A stretch of 64,000 bases of DNA from Vicinamibacterales bacterium (GCA_036257535.1 DATAFJ010000027.1:20636-84635), one strand, 5' to 3'. Positions 41,790-51,299 are shown, counted from the first letter of the stretch. Notes: generated by a model not told the origin, from the letters alone. Translations and numbers: made by a program.

Positions 41790-43133
41790 ATGAGACCGTC
41801 GCTCGCCGCCGCCGCGCTGTGCCTCGTTGTGCACGCTTCTGCATCCGCCGGAGCAGAGGCCGAGTGGCCATCGTTTCGCGGGCCCGCGGCATCCGGCATC
41901 GCGGACGGGCAACAGATTCCAGACACGTGGGACGTGGTCTCCGGCAAGAACGTCAGATGGAGAACCGCGATTCCCGGCCTCGCGCACTCGAGTCCCGTCG
42001 TCGCCGGCGATCGCGTGTTCGTGACGACGGCTGTAAGCAGCCGCGGCGGCGCGACGTTCAAGCCGGGCCTCTACGGCGACGGAACCGCGTCAGAGGATCA
42101 GTCCTCGCACCAGTGGAAAGTGATCGCGCTCGATCGCAGGAATGGCAGAGTGCTCTGGGAGCGCGTGGCCTTCGAGGGCGTCCCGCGCGAGAAGCGGCAC
42201 ATCAAGGCGACCTACGCGAACCAGACGCCAGCCACCGACGGACGCTACGTCGTCGCGTTCTTCGGATCGCAGGGGATTTTTGCGTTCGATGTCGATGGAA
42301 GGCCGATGTGGCAGCGCGACCTCGGCCGTTTGAACGCGGGCGCCTACGACATTCCGAGCTACGAGTGGGGAAATGCCAGCTCGCCGATTATTTACAGGGA
42401 CCGCGTGATCGTCCAGTGCGACACGCATGAGACGTCCTTCCTCATGGCGCTCGATCTGAAGACCGGGCGAACCTTGTGGAAGACCGAGCGCAAGGAACTG
42501 CCGTCGTGGGGCACGCCCACCGTCTATACGGCGGGAGGCCGGCCCGAGATCGTCACCAACGCGTCGAACTTCGTGCGCGGTTACGACCCCGAAACGGGCC
42601 GCGAGCTCTGGCGGCTCGGCGGGAGCTCGAAGATTACGGCGCCGACGCCCATCTTCACGAAGGATCTCGTCATCGTCGCGAGCGGCCGAGCGCCGGAGCG
42701 GCCGATTTTCGCGATCCGTCCCGGGGCGGACGGAGACCTGACGCTCGGCGAAGGGCAGACGTCGAGCGGCGCCGTCGTGTGGAGCAAGCGTGGACGCGGG
42801 TCCTACATGCCGACGCCAATCGCCTATCAGGACCATCTCTACGTCGTCGCCAACCAGGGATTGCTCGATTGCTACGAGCTGGCGACCGGCCGAGAGGTGT
42901 ACCGCGAGCGGATTCCGCACCGCGGAAGCGGATTCAGCGCGTCGCCGGTCGCGTCCGACGGCCGGCTGTTCCTGCCGGGCGAGGATGGTGACATCTTCGT
43001 CGTTCGCGCCGGCCCCGCGTTCGGTGTTATTGCGACGAACTCGATGGGGGAGCTCGTCATGGCGACCCCGGCCATTGCGCACCGCACGCTGTTCGTCCGT
43101 ACAGAGAGGCACCTAGTCGCGATCTCGCAGTGA
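41790..43133 (+). CDS. Secreted PQQ-like (BamB-type) beta-propeller repeat protein
   Basis: Signal [28 protein letters not shown]. Repeated blade pattern ...G(R/K).(L/V)W ([32 protein letters not shown]), with SSPV/SSPI strands. Confidence 0.85.
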   Translation: MRPSLAAAALCLVVHASASAGAEAEWPSFRGPAASGIADGQQIPDTWDVVSGKNVRWRTAIPGLAHSSPVVAGDRVFVTTAVSSRGGATFKPGLYGDGTASEDQSSHQWKVIALDRRNGRVLWERVAFEGVPREKRHIKATYANQTPATDGRYVVAFFGSQGIFAFDVDGRPMWQRDLGRLNAGAYDIPSYEWGNASSPIIYRDRVIVQCDTHETSFLMALDLKTGRTLWKTERKELPSWGTPTVYTAGGRPEIVTNASNFVRGYDPETGRELWRLGGSSKITAPTPIFTKDLVIVASGRAPERPIFAIRPGADGDLTLGEGQTSSGAVVWSKRGRGSYMPTPIAYQDHLYVVANQGLLDCYELATGREVYRERIPHRGSGFSASPVASDGRLFLPGEDGDIFVVRAGPAFGVIATNSMGELVMATPAIAHRTLFVRTERHLVAISQ

Positions 43134-43184
43134 TTTCTCCTAGCGTCCGGCCGCAGCCGGGCCTATAATGCGCGCTCTTCCAGC

Positions 43185-46130
43185 ATGCGCGCAGCGGTCG
43201 GAGCTCTCGTTTCGCTGCTCGTCGTCGTGTGTCCTGCCGACGCCCAGTACTTCGGCCGGAACAAGGTCGAGTACGACCACTTCGACTTCCGCGTCGCACG
43301 CACCACGCACTTCGACATCTACTTCGCTGAAAAGGACGCCGCCGCCGCGGCCGACGCAGCCGTCCTCGCGGAGCGTTGGCACGATCGCCTCGTTGGGGCG
43401 TTCGGCCACCGCCTGACGCGGCGTCAACCGCTGGTCCTCTACGGCAGTCATCCCGAGTTCGCGCAGACGAACATCGTCGGCGGGTTCGTCGGCGAGGGCA
43501 CGGGCGGTGTCACCGAAGGTCTGCGCCGCCGGATCGTCATGCCGTTCGGGTACAGCCTCGCGGAAACGGATCACGTGCTCGGACATGAGATCGTTCACGC
43601 GTTCCAGTACGACATGGCGTCGACCTACGGCTCGTCCATGTTCGTGCCGCTCTGGTTCGCGGAAGGCATGGCCGAGTATCTGTCGGTCGGCCCTACGGCG
43701 CCGCAGACGACGTTGCTGATGCGCGACGCGGTGGCCTCGGGCAGGCTGCCGTCGATCGAGTCGCTCGATCATGGACGAATCTCGCCGTACCGAAGCGGCC
43801 ACGCGTTCTGGACGTGGATTGCTGAGCGGTTTGGCGGGGCAGTGATCGCGGATGTGCTGCGGCAGAAGGGACGGGCCAGCGCGCTCCGGCGGCTTGAGAA
43901 CTCGACCGGACTGAAGCGCGAGGCCCTCGACCGCGAGTGGCACGAATGGTTGAAGGAAGAGTTCCCCGCAGAGAGCGCGCACGACGTCGCACCGGGCGGC
44001 GTTCACGAGACATTCCAACCGGTCGTCACGCGCCGCAATGGTGGACGTGTGAACGTCGCGCCGGCGCTGAGCCCGAACGGCCGCCGCCTCGTGTTTCTCT
44101 CCGAGCGCGACAGATTGTCAGTCGACCTGTTTCTCGCCGACGCCGCGACCGGCAGGATTCTCCGAAAACTGCTGACGACGGCGGCGCGACCGGAGATCGA
44201 GAGCCTGCAGTCGCTGCGATCCGCTGGAGCGTGGTCGGCAGACGGACGCCGGTTCGCCTTTGCCGTCATCAGGAATGGCCGCCCCGCGCTCACGATCTTT
44301 GACGTGGGCGATGACGACCGGTCCAGGGTGGCCCGGCGCATCGACCTGGCGTCGCTCGGCGAGATCGCCGGGCCGACCTGGTCGCCCGACAGCGCCTCGA
44401 TTGCGTTCACCGGGCTTGCGGACGGCGTCACCGACTTGTACATCTACGAGCTCGGCGCGGATCGCCTGCGCCGTCTGACAACCGACGCTCATGCCGATCT
44501 GCATCCGTCGTGGTCGCCCGACGGGGCGCGGCTCGCGTTTGCCACCGATCGCTTCACGAGCGATCGCGCGACCCTGAGCGCCGGCCGGCTCGAGCTGGCG
44601 ATACTGGACATCGCGGCCGGGACTCTGAGCCGCGTGCCGGGTGACGGCGCGTCGAATCGGTACTCACCGAACTGGATGCCGGATGGCCGGACGATCGTGT
44701 TTGCGACCGACAGGAACGCGGGTCAGATCGGTCGCCTCGATCTCGCATCCAATGAGATACGGATCGTCGGAGAGCTTCCAGGCTCGGTCTCTGGACTGAC
44801 GCTGGAGAGTCCGTCGGTTGCCGTCGCCCGCGACGCCGGAGCGATTGCCGTGAGCGTCTATCGTCGCGGCGCGTTCGAGATCCACGTCGCCGGCGAATGC
44901 ACGTCCTCGACGTCAGAGCCACTGCCGACCGACGAGCCCTCGCAGTCGCCGGCACCCAATGCACCCAATGCACCCAATGCACTGGAAGCATCAGCCTACC
45001 GTCCTCGCCTGCAACTGGACGGCATCGTGCAGCCGTATCTTGCGACCGGCGGGAGCTCGTTCGGCAGCTTCGTACGGGGAGGTGCCTCGCTTTCGTTCGG
45101 CGACCTGCTCGGTGGCGAGCGCCTCGGTATCGCGGTGCAGGCGGGAACGCGCCGTTCCGACCTCGCGCTGCAGCTTCAATATCTGAATCGCGACTCGCGC
45201 TGGAACTGGGGCGTCGTCACCGAAGTCGTGCCGTATGCGCGCGGACGCTCGAGGGCGCTGGACGTCGAAGACGGGTCAGTGGTCGTGCGCGAGTCCGCGC
45301 GTGAGCTGCAGTTTCACACCCGGCTGGCTGGATTGCTCTCGTACCCGTTCAGCCGCAGCCGGCGGGTCGAGTTCAGCGCGGGGATTCGGCACATCCTCTA
45401 CGAGGAGCAACTCCGGCGGCGTGAGTACTCGGCGGCGACGGGACGGCTCGTGGGCGAGCTCAACGAGAGCAGCCGCGGCGCCGAACCGGCGGGGTTCTTC
45501 GAAGGGTCCGTCGCGTTGGTGTCGGACCGCGCGATGTACGGCCCCGTCGGTCCGATAGCGGGCGAGCGGTGGCGAGTCGAAGCTTCACCGGCCGCGGGAG
45601 AGCTTCAGTTCACGGGCGTTCTCGCCGACTACCGGCGGTACCTGATGCCCGTCAAGCCCTACACAATCGCCGCGCGGGTGATGCATTCCGCGCGGTACGG
45701 CCGCGACGCCGACGACCCGCGGCTCGTGCCGCTCTTCGCCGGCTACCGTCACCTGATTCGCGGCTACGACGCGGGCGCCTTCGGCGGCTGCGATCGGCTT
45801 GGCGACTGCGATCGCTTCGACGCGCTCTTCGGCAGCCGTCTGATGGTGGGGAACGTCGAGCTGCGCGTTCCCATCGCCGGCGCGATCGCGCGCGAGCTGA
45901 GATACGGTCCCATCCCCGCGGAAGCGTTCGCGTTTTTCGACGCCGGCATAGCCTGGACGAGCGAGGACATCCCGGCGTTTGCCGGCGGCACTCGCCGGCT
46001 CATGCGCAGCGCCGGTGCGGGCGTCCGCGTCAACGCTTTTGGGATGATCGTGGAAGTCGGCGCGGCGCGTCCGTTCGATCGCGCCCGCAACGGCTGGAAC
46101 GTCGTCTTTAATCTCCGCCCCAGCTTCTGA
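43185..46130 (+). CDS. Fusion protein: HExxH peptidase-like N-domain + TolB-type (PD40) beta-propeller + C-terminal Omp85/D15-like beta-barrel
   Basis: Signal ...LLVVVCPADAQ. VLGHEIVHAFQYDM. Five PD40-like blades (SPNGRRLVFLSERD, WSADGRRFAF, WSPDSASIAFTG, WSPDGARLAFATDR, WMPDGRTIVFATDR). C-terminus FFDAGIAW...GAGVRVNAFGMIVEVGAARPFD...NVVFNLRPSF ends in an aromatic residue, typical of outer-membrane barrels. Confidence 0.8.
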   Translation: MRAAVGALVSLLVVVCPADAQYFGRNKVEYDHFDFRVARTTHFDIYFAEKDAAAAADAAVLAERWHDRLVGAFGHRLTRRQPLVLYGSHPEFAQTNIVGGFVGEGTGGVTEGLRRRIVMPFGYSLAETDHVLGHEIVHAFQYDMASTYGSSMFVPLWFAEGMAEYLSVGPTAPQTTLLMRDAVASGRLPSIESLDHGRISPYRSGHAFWTWIAERFGGAVIADVLRQKGRASALRRLENSTGLKREALDREWHEWLKEEFPAESAHDVAPGGVHETFQPVVTRRNGGRVNVAPALSPNGRRLVFLSERDRLSVDLFLADAATGRILRKLLTTAARPEIESLQSLRSAGAWSADGRRFAFAVIRNGRPALTIFDVGDDDRSRVARRIDLASLGEIAGPTWSPDSASIAFTGLADGVTDLYIYELGADRLRRLTTDAHADLHPSWSPDGARLAFATDRFTSDRATLSAGRLELAILDIAAGTLSRVPGDGASNRYSPNWMPDGRTIVFATDRNAGQIGRLDLASNEIRIVGELPGSVSGLTLESPSVAVARDAGAIAVSVYRRGAFEIHVAGECTSSTSEPLPTDEPSQSPAPNAPNAPNALEASAYRPRLQLDGIVQPYLATGGSSFGSFVRGGASLSFGDLLGGERLGIAVQAGTRRSDLALQLQYLNRDSRWNWGVVTEVVPYARGRSRALDVEDGSVVVRESARELQFHTRLAGLLSYPFSRSRRVEFSAGIRHILYEEQLRRREYSAATGRLVGELNESSRGAEPAGFFEGSVALVSDRAMYGPVGPIAGERWRVEASPAAGELQFTGVLADYRRYLMPVKPYTIAARVMHSARYGRDADDPRLVPLFAGYRHLIRGYDAGAFGGCDRLGDCDRFDALFGSRLMVGNVELRVPIAGAIARELRYGPIPAEAFAFFDAGIAWTSEDIPAFAGGTRRLMRSAGAGVRVNAFGMIVEVGAARPFDRARNGWNVVFNLRPSF
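44952..44982 (+). repeat. In-frame 9-mer tandem (GCACCCAAT x3.4) encoding (APN)3 in a linker
   Basis: gcacccaat gcacccaat gcacccaat gcac lies within the fusion-protein CDS. It shares the CCAATGC core with the heptamers at 2979-3013. Confidence 0.85.
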
Positions 46131-46151
46131 CGCGCGCTGGACGCGAACCGG

Positions 46152-46598
46152 TTAGCGCGAAGCGGTGACGCTGTTGGCCGCGGCGAGGCGGACGACGCCC
46201 TGCCACTCGTGTCCGCCGCTCCAGCCGACCGCCTGCACGCCGACGACGATGCGTTCGCCCGCCGCCGGGACGAGTCTCTGAAAGATCACGAAGTGCTCGC
46301 TTCGCGTGCGAGGCTCGATGACGTCGTTGACTGACGCGAAACGAACCGCCGTTACCCGCTGATTCCGGTCGACCGTTGCCGCCGTGACGATAAGCCGTGC
46401 GGCCGCCTTGCCTTGAGGATTGTGAACGACGTACTTGATCCGCAGCCCGGCCGCGCTGCCAGGCTCCAGTTGCGCGGACTCGAGGCGCACGGGGCAGCCC
46501 TCGGCCTCCGCGATGACGATGGGGTTCTCGACGCTGCCGGTAAGCACTCCGGCGGACACGAGAAGGAGGACCATCGTGAGAAACAGCCTGACCCGCAT
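46152..46598 (-). CDS. Secreted hypothetical protein (148 aa)
   Basis: Frame of ORF 46152..46772. ATG 46598 gives the signal MRVRLFLTMVLLLVSAGVLTG. Start uncertain, as upstream ATGs exist. Confidence 0.5.
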   Translation of the reverse strand: MRVRLFLTMVLLLVSAGVLTGSVENPIVIAEAEGCPVRLESAQLEPGSAAGLRIKYVVHNPQGKAAARLIVTAATVDRNQRVTAVRFASVNDVIEPRTRSEHFVIFQRLVPAAGERIVVGVQAVGWSGGHEWQGVVRLAAANSVTASR

Positions 46599-46771
46599 GA
46601 TGTCCCGCAGAGCAAGCCGGACGCCGGATCCCGCCCGCACCGTAAGCTGCATCTGGCCAAGCATATAGATGTTCCTCTTGACGCCAATGGCGGCGTCGCG
46701 TTGTGCAGAATCGGGACGGGCGCACGGTTCTGTAAGGGCCGACCACGCTATAATCCTGATCAATCTCTCCA

Positions 46772-47215
46772 ATGCTGTTCACGTGGTGGCAGTGGCTCGC
46801 GCTCGGGCTTGTCCTGGTTCTGCTCGAGATGGCGGCTTCGGGCGGCTTCTACGTGATCTTTTTTGGCATCGCGGCGCTGACGATCGGCGCGCTGCACCTC
46901 CTGAATCTCGCGGGGCCCGTTTGGCTTCAGCTCCTTATGTTCTCGGTCCTCTCCGTCGGATCGCTGCTGCTCTTCCGCAATCCAATGATTCGCTGGCTGA
47001 AGCTCGATCAGGGCTCGCCCGACGTGGACACGCTGGCGGGCGAGATTGCGCTGCCGCTCGAGGACATCGGACCGGGGGAAGTGGGGCGGGTCGAGCTGCG
47101 TGGCACGATCTGGCAGGCCCGCAACGCCACGGCTGCTCCGATCGTTCGCGGGCGCCGCGCCGTCGTTCGACGCGTCGATCGGCTGATGCTCTTCATAGAG
47201 CCTGAAGGAGTGTAA
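46772..47215 (+). CDS. nfeD: NfeD-family membrane protein
   Basis: Two or three N-terminal TM helices plus a C-terminal OB-like domain (GEVGRVELRGTIWQARN). It lies immediately upstream of an SPFH gene, the canonical pairing. Confidence 0.85.
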   Translation: MLFTWWQWLALGLVLVLLEMAASGGFYVIFFGIAALTIGALHLLNLAGPVWLQLLMFSVLSVGSLLLFRNPMIRWLKLDQGSPDVDTLAGEIALPLEDIGPGEVGRVELRGTIWQARNATAAPIVRGRRAVVRRVDRLMLFIEPEGV

Positions 47216-47217
47216 CT

Positions 47218-48141
47218 GTGACGGGTGGCCTAGTCCTCCTGCTGATCCTGGCGATGTTCGTACTCATCGTCATAGCCAAGACAGCAATCGTGGTTCCACA
47301 ACAGAGTGCATACGTCGTCGAGCGGCTCGGCCGGTATTCGGGCACCCTCGGCGCCGGCTTTCACATCCTTCTGCCGTTCGTGGACGTCATCCGCTACCGC
47401 CATTCGCTCAAGGAGCAGGCGATCGACATCCCGGCGGAGGTCTGCATCACGCGCGACAACGTGCAGGTCGGCGTGGACGGCATCCTGTACCTGAAGGTCC
47501 TCAATCCCGAACGCGCGTCCTACGGCATCTCCGACTATGTGTTCGCGATCAGCCAGCTCGCGCAGACCACGCTGAGAAGCGAGATCGGAAAGATCGATCT
47601 CGACCGGACGTTCGAGGAGAGGAGCAACATCAACGCCCAGCTCGTCGCGGAGCTGGACAAGGCGTCAGAGGCCTGGGGCGTGAAGGTTCTGCGCTACGAG
47701 ATCAAGAACATCACGCCGCCGCACGACGTGCTGGCGGCGATGGAAAAGCAGATGCGCGCCGAGCGCGAGAAGCGCGCCGTCATCCTCACGTCCGAAGGCA
47801 CGCGCGACGCCGCGATCAACACCGCCGAAGGCGACAAGCAGATGGTCATCAAGGCGTCCGAGGCGCGCAAGCAGCAGCAGATTAACGAAGCCCAGGGTCA
47901 GGCTGAGGCGATTCTCGCGGTTGCGTCCGCAACCGCCGACGGGCTCCGCAAGGTCGCGGACGCGCTCCGACAGCCGGGCGGGACCGAGGCCATGCAGCTG
48001 CGCGTCGCCGAGGAGTATCTCCAGCAGTTCGGCCAGCTCGCCAAGGAAACGAACACGCTGATCCTGCCGGCCAACGTCTCCGACGTCGCGTCCATGGTCG
48101 CGCTCGCGACGCAGGTCGTGAAGGGAACGAAGACGGGATAG
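47218..48141 (+). CDS. SPFH/band-7 (stomatin/prohibitin-like) protein
   Basis: N-terminal TM, then VVPQQSAYVVERLGRYSGTLGAGFHILLPFVD..., ITRDNVQV, and a C-terminal coiled coil. GTG 47218. Confidence 0.9.
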   Translation: MTGGLVLLLILAMFVLIVIAKTAIVVPQQSAYVVERLGRYSGTLGAGFHILLPFVDVIRYRHSLKEQAIDIPAEVCITRDNVQVGVDGILYLKVLNPERASYGISDYVFAISQLAQTTLRSEIGKIDLDRTFEERSNINAQLVAELDKASEAWGVKVLRYEIKNITPPHDVLAAMEKQMRAEREKRAVILTSEGTRDAAINTAEGDKQMVIKASEARKQQQINEAQGQAEAILAVASATADGLRKVADALRQPGGTEAMQLRVAEEYLQQFGQLAKETNTLILPANVSDVASMVALATQVVKGTKTG

Positions 48142-48180
48142 GTCAGTGAGGAATGCTGATTGCTGAATGTTGAATGATCG
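48142..48180 (+). repeat. GAATGCT/GATTGCT heptamer element directly after the SPFH stop (left arm of the IVS-gene flank)
   Basis: After TAG 48139-48141: GTCAGTG AG GAATGCT GATTGCT GAATGTT GAATGAT CG. Confidence 0.85.
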
Positions 48181-48321
48181 CGTGGTGCCGGAGCAATCAA
48201 GGTGGTTGCAGATACTGCTATTTCTACCCGGGCTAGTCGTTGAAATCTTTGGCACTCCGAAGGAACAACCGAGCGGTTTCCCCCACAAATCGCGCGGCAT
48301 GCCCGCTGCAACGCCCCTGGC

Positions 48322-48717
48322 ATGTCAATCTCGGAAATCCTGACGAAGCGCACTTCCGAGTTCGCTCTGGCAATCATCCGCTTCTGCGCCGCGCTGCCGC
48401 CAACCTGGGAGGCGAGGCGCATCAGCGGCCAACCGTTCGACGCCGGTACCTCAGTCGGGGCGAACTATCGGGCCACGTGCAGAGCACGTTCGAAGCGGGA
48501 ATTCACTTCAAAAATAGGCCTCGTGATTGAGGAGGCCGACGAATCCGAATACTGGCTCATGCTGCTCAAGCGCGCGGGGATCGCGAAAGGTGTCGAGCTG
48601 GATCGCCTCTTCGACGAAGCGGGTCAGTTGGTCGCCGTTTTCACACGCTCGCAGAGGACGGCAATCAGCAAGCTCGAGAAGGAAACTCTGGCTCGAAAAC
48701 GAAAGTCACAATGCTGA
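48322..48717 (+). CDS. Four-helix-bundle protein of the 23S rRNA intervening-sequence / Avd-like family
   Basis: TSEFALAIIRFCAALPPTWEARRISGQPFDAGTSVGANYRATCRARSKREFTSKIGLVIEEADESEYWLMLL matches the family pattern (..G.Q..RS..SI.AN..EG......EF...L.IA.GS..E..YWL.L). Visibly lower GC than its neighbours. Confidence 0.9.
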   Translation: MSISEILTKRTSEFALAIIRFCAALPPTWEARRISGQPFDAGTSVGANYRATCRARSKREFTSKIGLVIEEADESEYWLMLLKRAGIAKGVELDRLFDEAGQLVAVFTRSQRTAISKLEKETLARKRKSQC

Positions 48718-48801
48718 TTGCGGGAAGCTGAATGCTGATTGTTAGTGACCGGCGTTGCTTGACCACTCAGCATTCCACACTCAGCAATCTACACTGACTC
48801 A
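48715..48801. repeat. Heptamer elements downstream of the IVS-like gene (direct partial copy plus inverted right arm)
   Basis: 48727-48745 gctGAATGCTGATTGttag repeats 12 nt of the left arm. 48766-48789 CTCAGCATTCCACACTCAGCAATC is the reverse complement of the left arm 48158-48180 (18 of the first 21 positions match by hand). The minus strand after the ypfJ-like TGA (48801-48799) reads GTCAGTGTAGATTGCTGAGTGTGGAATGCTGAG. Confidence 0.85.
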
Positions 48802-49665
48802 GGTCCCGAACGTATTACAGGAATCCGGGTTTCCGCTCTGGAGGCCCCGCCGGAACCATTCCACGCGCTGCGCCGACGACCCGTGCGTGAACGCGTCCGG
48901 GACGACGCGGCCGCCTGACATCTGTTGAAGCCGATCGTCGCCGATGGCGGCGGCGGCACGGAGCCCTTCCTCGACATCGCCCTCTTCAAGCATGACGCGG
49001 CGTCCGACCTCGCCTCCGGATCTGGACGCGAAGCTGCCCCAAACGCCCGCAAAGCAGTCCGCCTGCAGCTCCATGCGGACCGACAGCTCGTTCTGCTGCG
49101 CCGGCCGGCGCTGCTGCAGCTGGCGCACCTGGCTTTCAATCCCGAGGACGTTCTGGACGTGGTGGCCGACCTCGTGCGCGATGACGTATGCCTGCGCGAA
49201 GTCGCCGGGCGCGCCGAACCGCCGATGGAGCTCGTCGAAGAAGCTGAGATCGAGGTAAACCTGTCGATCGCCAGGGCAATAGAACGGCCCGGTGGCCGCT
49301 TGCGCGAACCCGCACGCCGACTCGACTGCGTCGCGGAAGAGTCTGACCTTCGTCCGCTGGTACCGTCCCGGCATGATCTGGGTCCAGGTGTTCTGGAGGT
49401 CGCCCATGACGGCGTCCACCATGTCGACAAGCTCTTCCTCCTGGGGCGTCGATGTCGCGGGTCCGGCATCGCCCGTCGTCCCGGTGGATGGGCCGGGCAC
49501 ACCGCCGCCCCCGAGAAGCGACAGAAAGTCGGCGCCCGTGAACCAGCTGAGCGCGAGGAGAAGCAGCAGCCCGCCGATACCGATCGGCATTCCGCGGCCT
49601 CCGAAGCCCGCGCGCTGTCCTCTCAGGTCATCGATGTTCTCGCGATTGCCTCGGGTCCACCGCAT
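48799..49665 (-). CDS. ypfJ: YpfJ-family neutral zinc metallopeptidase
   Basis: N-terminal TM. GPFYCPGDRQVYLDLSFF, and YVIAHEVGHHVQNVLG (HExxH). Confidence 0.9.
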   Translation of the reverse strand: MRWTRGNRENIDDLRGQRAGFGGRGMPIGIGGLLLLLALSWFTGADFLSLLGGGGVPGPSTGTTGDAGPATSTPQEEELVDMVDAVMGDLQNTWTQIMPGRYQRTKVRLFRDAVESACGFAQAATGPFYCPGDRQVYLDLSFFDELHRRFGAPGDFAQAYVIAHEVGHHVQNVLGIESQVRQLQQRRPAQQNELSVRMELQADCFAGVWGSFASRSGGEVGRRVMLEEGDVEEGLRAAAAIGDDRLQQMSGGRVVPDAFTHGSSAQRVEWFRRGLQSGNPDSCNTFGT

Positions 49666-49721
49666 AAAGCCTCCCTGCCGCTGCGCTGCCGAACCGACGG
49701 TCTCAAGTCTAATGCGGGTTT

Positions 49722-51146
49722 ATGATCTCAGAAATGATCGCGCCGGCGGCCAACCCCGTCGAGGAGTTTTTCAACCGCGCTTTCGCGCGCGCCACCGGCG
49801 CGACGCCGAGGCCCGGCAACCGCGTCAGACTGCTGTGTGACGGCGCGCAGAACTACCCCGCGTGGCTCGAGGCGATCGCGTCTGCCCGCAAGTGGGTCCA
49901 CTTCGAGAGCTACATCATCCATGACGACGAGGTGGGCCGGGGGTTCGCGGAGGCGCTCGCCGATCGGGCAAGGGATGGCGTTTCAGTGCGCGTGTTGTAC
50001 GACTGGTGGGGATCGTTTCAGCTCCTGCCGCGACAGTACCGTCGTGTGATGCACGAAGCGGGCGTCGACCAGCGCGTCGTCAATCCGCCGCACTTCGGGA
50101 GTCCGCTCGCCTGGTTGAGCCGCGATCACCGCAAGACGCTGACCGTGGACGGCCGGATCGGCTACGTCAGCGGCCTGTGCGTGGGCGAGGCGTGGGTGGG
50201 GGAGAGGGCCTGGCGCGACACGGGCGTCGAAATCGAAGGTCCGGCGGTCGCGGACATCGAGCGCGCGTTTGCCGAGCTCTGGGACGTGGTCGGCGATCCG
50301 CTGCCGGACGAGGAGCGGCTGCCGGCGGACGAGATTCCACGAGCCGGGACGCTGCCCGTTCGAGTCATCGCAAGCGTCCCGGCGTCCGCCGGGCTTTATC
50401 GGCTCGACCAGATTGTGGCGGCTGCGGCGCGCCGCACGCTCTGGTTGACCGACGCGTATTTCATCGCAACCAGCGCCTACGTGCAGGCGCTGCGCGCAGC
50501 GGCAGCCGACGGCGTCGACGTCCGCCTGCTTGTGCCTGGCTCGACCGACGTACCTGGCGTGCGAGCGATCTCGAGGGCTGGATACCGTCCGCTGCTCGAG
50601 GCGGGTGTCCGCGTCTTTGAGTGGAACGGCTCGATGCTGCACGCGAAGACGGCAGTCGCGGACGGCCGGTGGGCGCGCGTCGGCTCCACGAACCTGAATC
50701 CCACGAGCTGGCTGGGAAACTGGGAGCTCGACGTCTCGATCGAAGATGAAGAATTCGCGCACGAGATGGAGGCGATGTACGAAAGGGACCTCACGCGCTC
50801 GACTGAGATCGTGCTCGGCGTGCACCGGCGCGTCTTCCCGGTGCCGCCGCCGACGGCGCAAGATGGCGTCCAAGTCCCCAAACGGCGCGGCTCGTACGGG
50901 CGCGCCACCGCAGGAGCAATCGGCATCGGCAGCGTGGTCGGCGCCGCGCTGACGGCACGACGCAGGCTCGGCGCCGCCGAAGCGCGGCTGCTGGGCGCTG
51001 CTTCGGTCCTGTCAGCCGCAATCGGCATCGTCGCGCTGTTCTGGCCGCGCGCCGTCGCCGTACCCATCGCCATCCTGCTTATCTGGATAGCTCTGTCGCT
51101 CTTTGCGCGCGCCGTGCAGCTCCATCGGGCGGCCAGCAAGTCATAG
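49722..51146 (+). CDS. cls: Phospholipase D / cardiolipin synthase-like protein (two HKD motifs, C-terminal TM helices)
   Basis: [16 protein letters not shown] and [21 protein letters not shown]-terminal hydrophobic segments [12 protein letters not shown] and [12 protein letters not shown]...[14 protein letters not shown]. Confidence 0.85.
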   Translation: MISEMIAPAANPVEEFFNRAFARATGATPRPGNRVRLLCDGAQNYPAWLEAIASARKWVHFESYIIHDDEVGRGFAEALADRARDGVSVRVLYDWWGSFQLLPRQYRRVMHEAGVDQRVVNPPHFGSPLAWLSRDHRKTLTVDGRIGYVSGLCVGEAWVGERAWRDTGVEIEGPAVADIERAFAELWDVVGDPLPDEERLPADEIPRAGTLPVRVIASVPASAGLYRLDQIVAAAARRTLWLTDAYFIATSAYVQALRAAAADGVDVRLLVPGSTDVPGVRAISRAGYRPLLEAGVRVFEWNGSMLHAKTAVADGRWARVGSTNLNPTSWLGNWELDVSIEDEEFAHEMEAMYERDLTRSTEIVLGVHRRVFPVPPPTAQDGVQVPKRRGSYGRATAGAIGIGSVVGAALTARRRLGAAEARLLGAASVLSAAIGIVALFWPRAVAVPIAILLIWIALSLFARAVQLHRAASKS

Positions 51147-51283
51147 CCAATTTCTGGCGCTCCGCCACTTTTTGTTCACAGCTGACAACCAGTGTCGGTC
51201 GCAGGTCGTGACCGCGCGGGCTTGGTTTCCTCTAAAGCTCGCTCTTGCAGCACTTGAAACGATCGGACGCGCCGGAAGCGGGA

Positions 51284-51299
51284 TGGCAGCGGGCTTGCT
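51284..51299 (+). promoter_or_regulatory. Sigma54 -24/-12 promoter candidate upstream of the pilin gene
   Basis: TGGCAG cgggc TTGCT has GG at 51285-86 and GC at 51297-98, the consensus spacing (TGGCAC-N5-TTGCW), with one mismatch in the -24 hexamer. It lies 22 nt upstream of ATG 51321. Confidence 0.5.

Noticed and set aside
41738-42061. 108-codon N-terminal extension of the DUF4412-like ORF
   Set aside because: The extension runs antisense into the PQQ-propeller gene. The internal ATG 41737 has a GGAGGA RBS and gives a clean signal peptide.
43164-43169. TATAAT upstream of the peptidase-TolB-Omp85 gene as a promoter -10 element
   Set aside because: No acceptable -35 element occurs at 16-18 nt spacing (the sequence there is TAGCGT). 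A single hexamer match is not enough to call a promoter.
46749-46754. TATAAT 18 nt upstream of the nfeD ATG as a promoter
   Set aside because: The -35 region (GGTTCT/TTCTGT) is poor and there is no extended -10 TG. It is left unannotated for lack of support.
48322-48717. Diversity-generating retroelement, because Avd-like four-helix-bundle proteins accompany DGRs
   Set aside because: There is no reverse transcriptase and no template/variable repeat pair within the window. The flanking repeats are heptamer arrays, not TR/VR.
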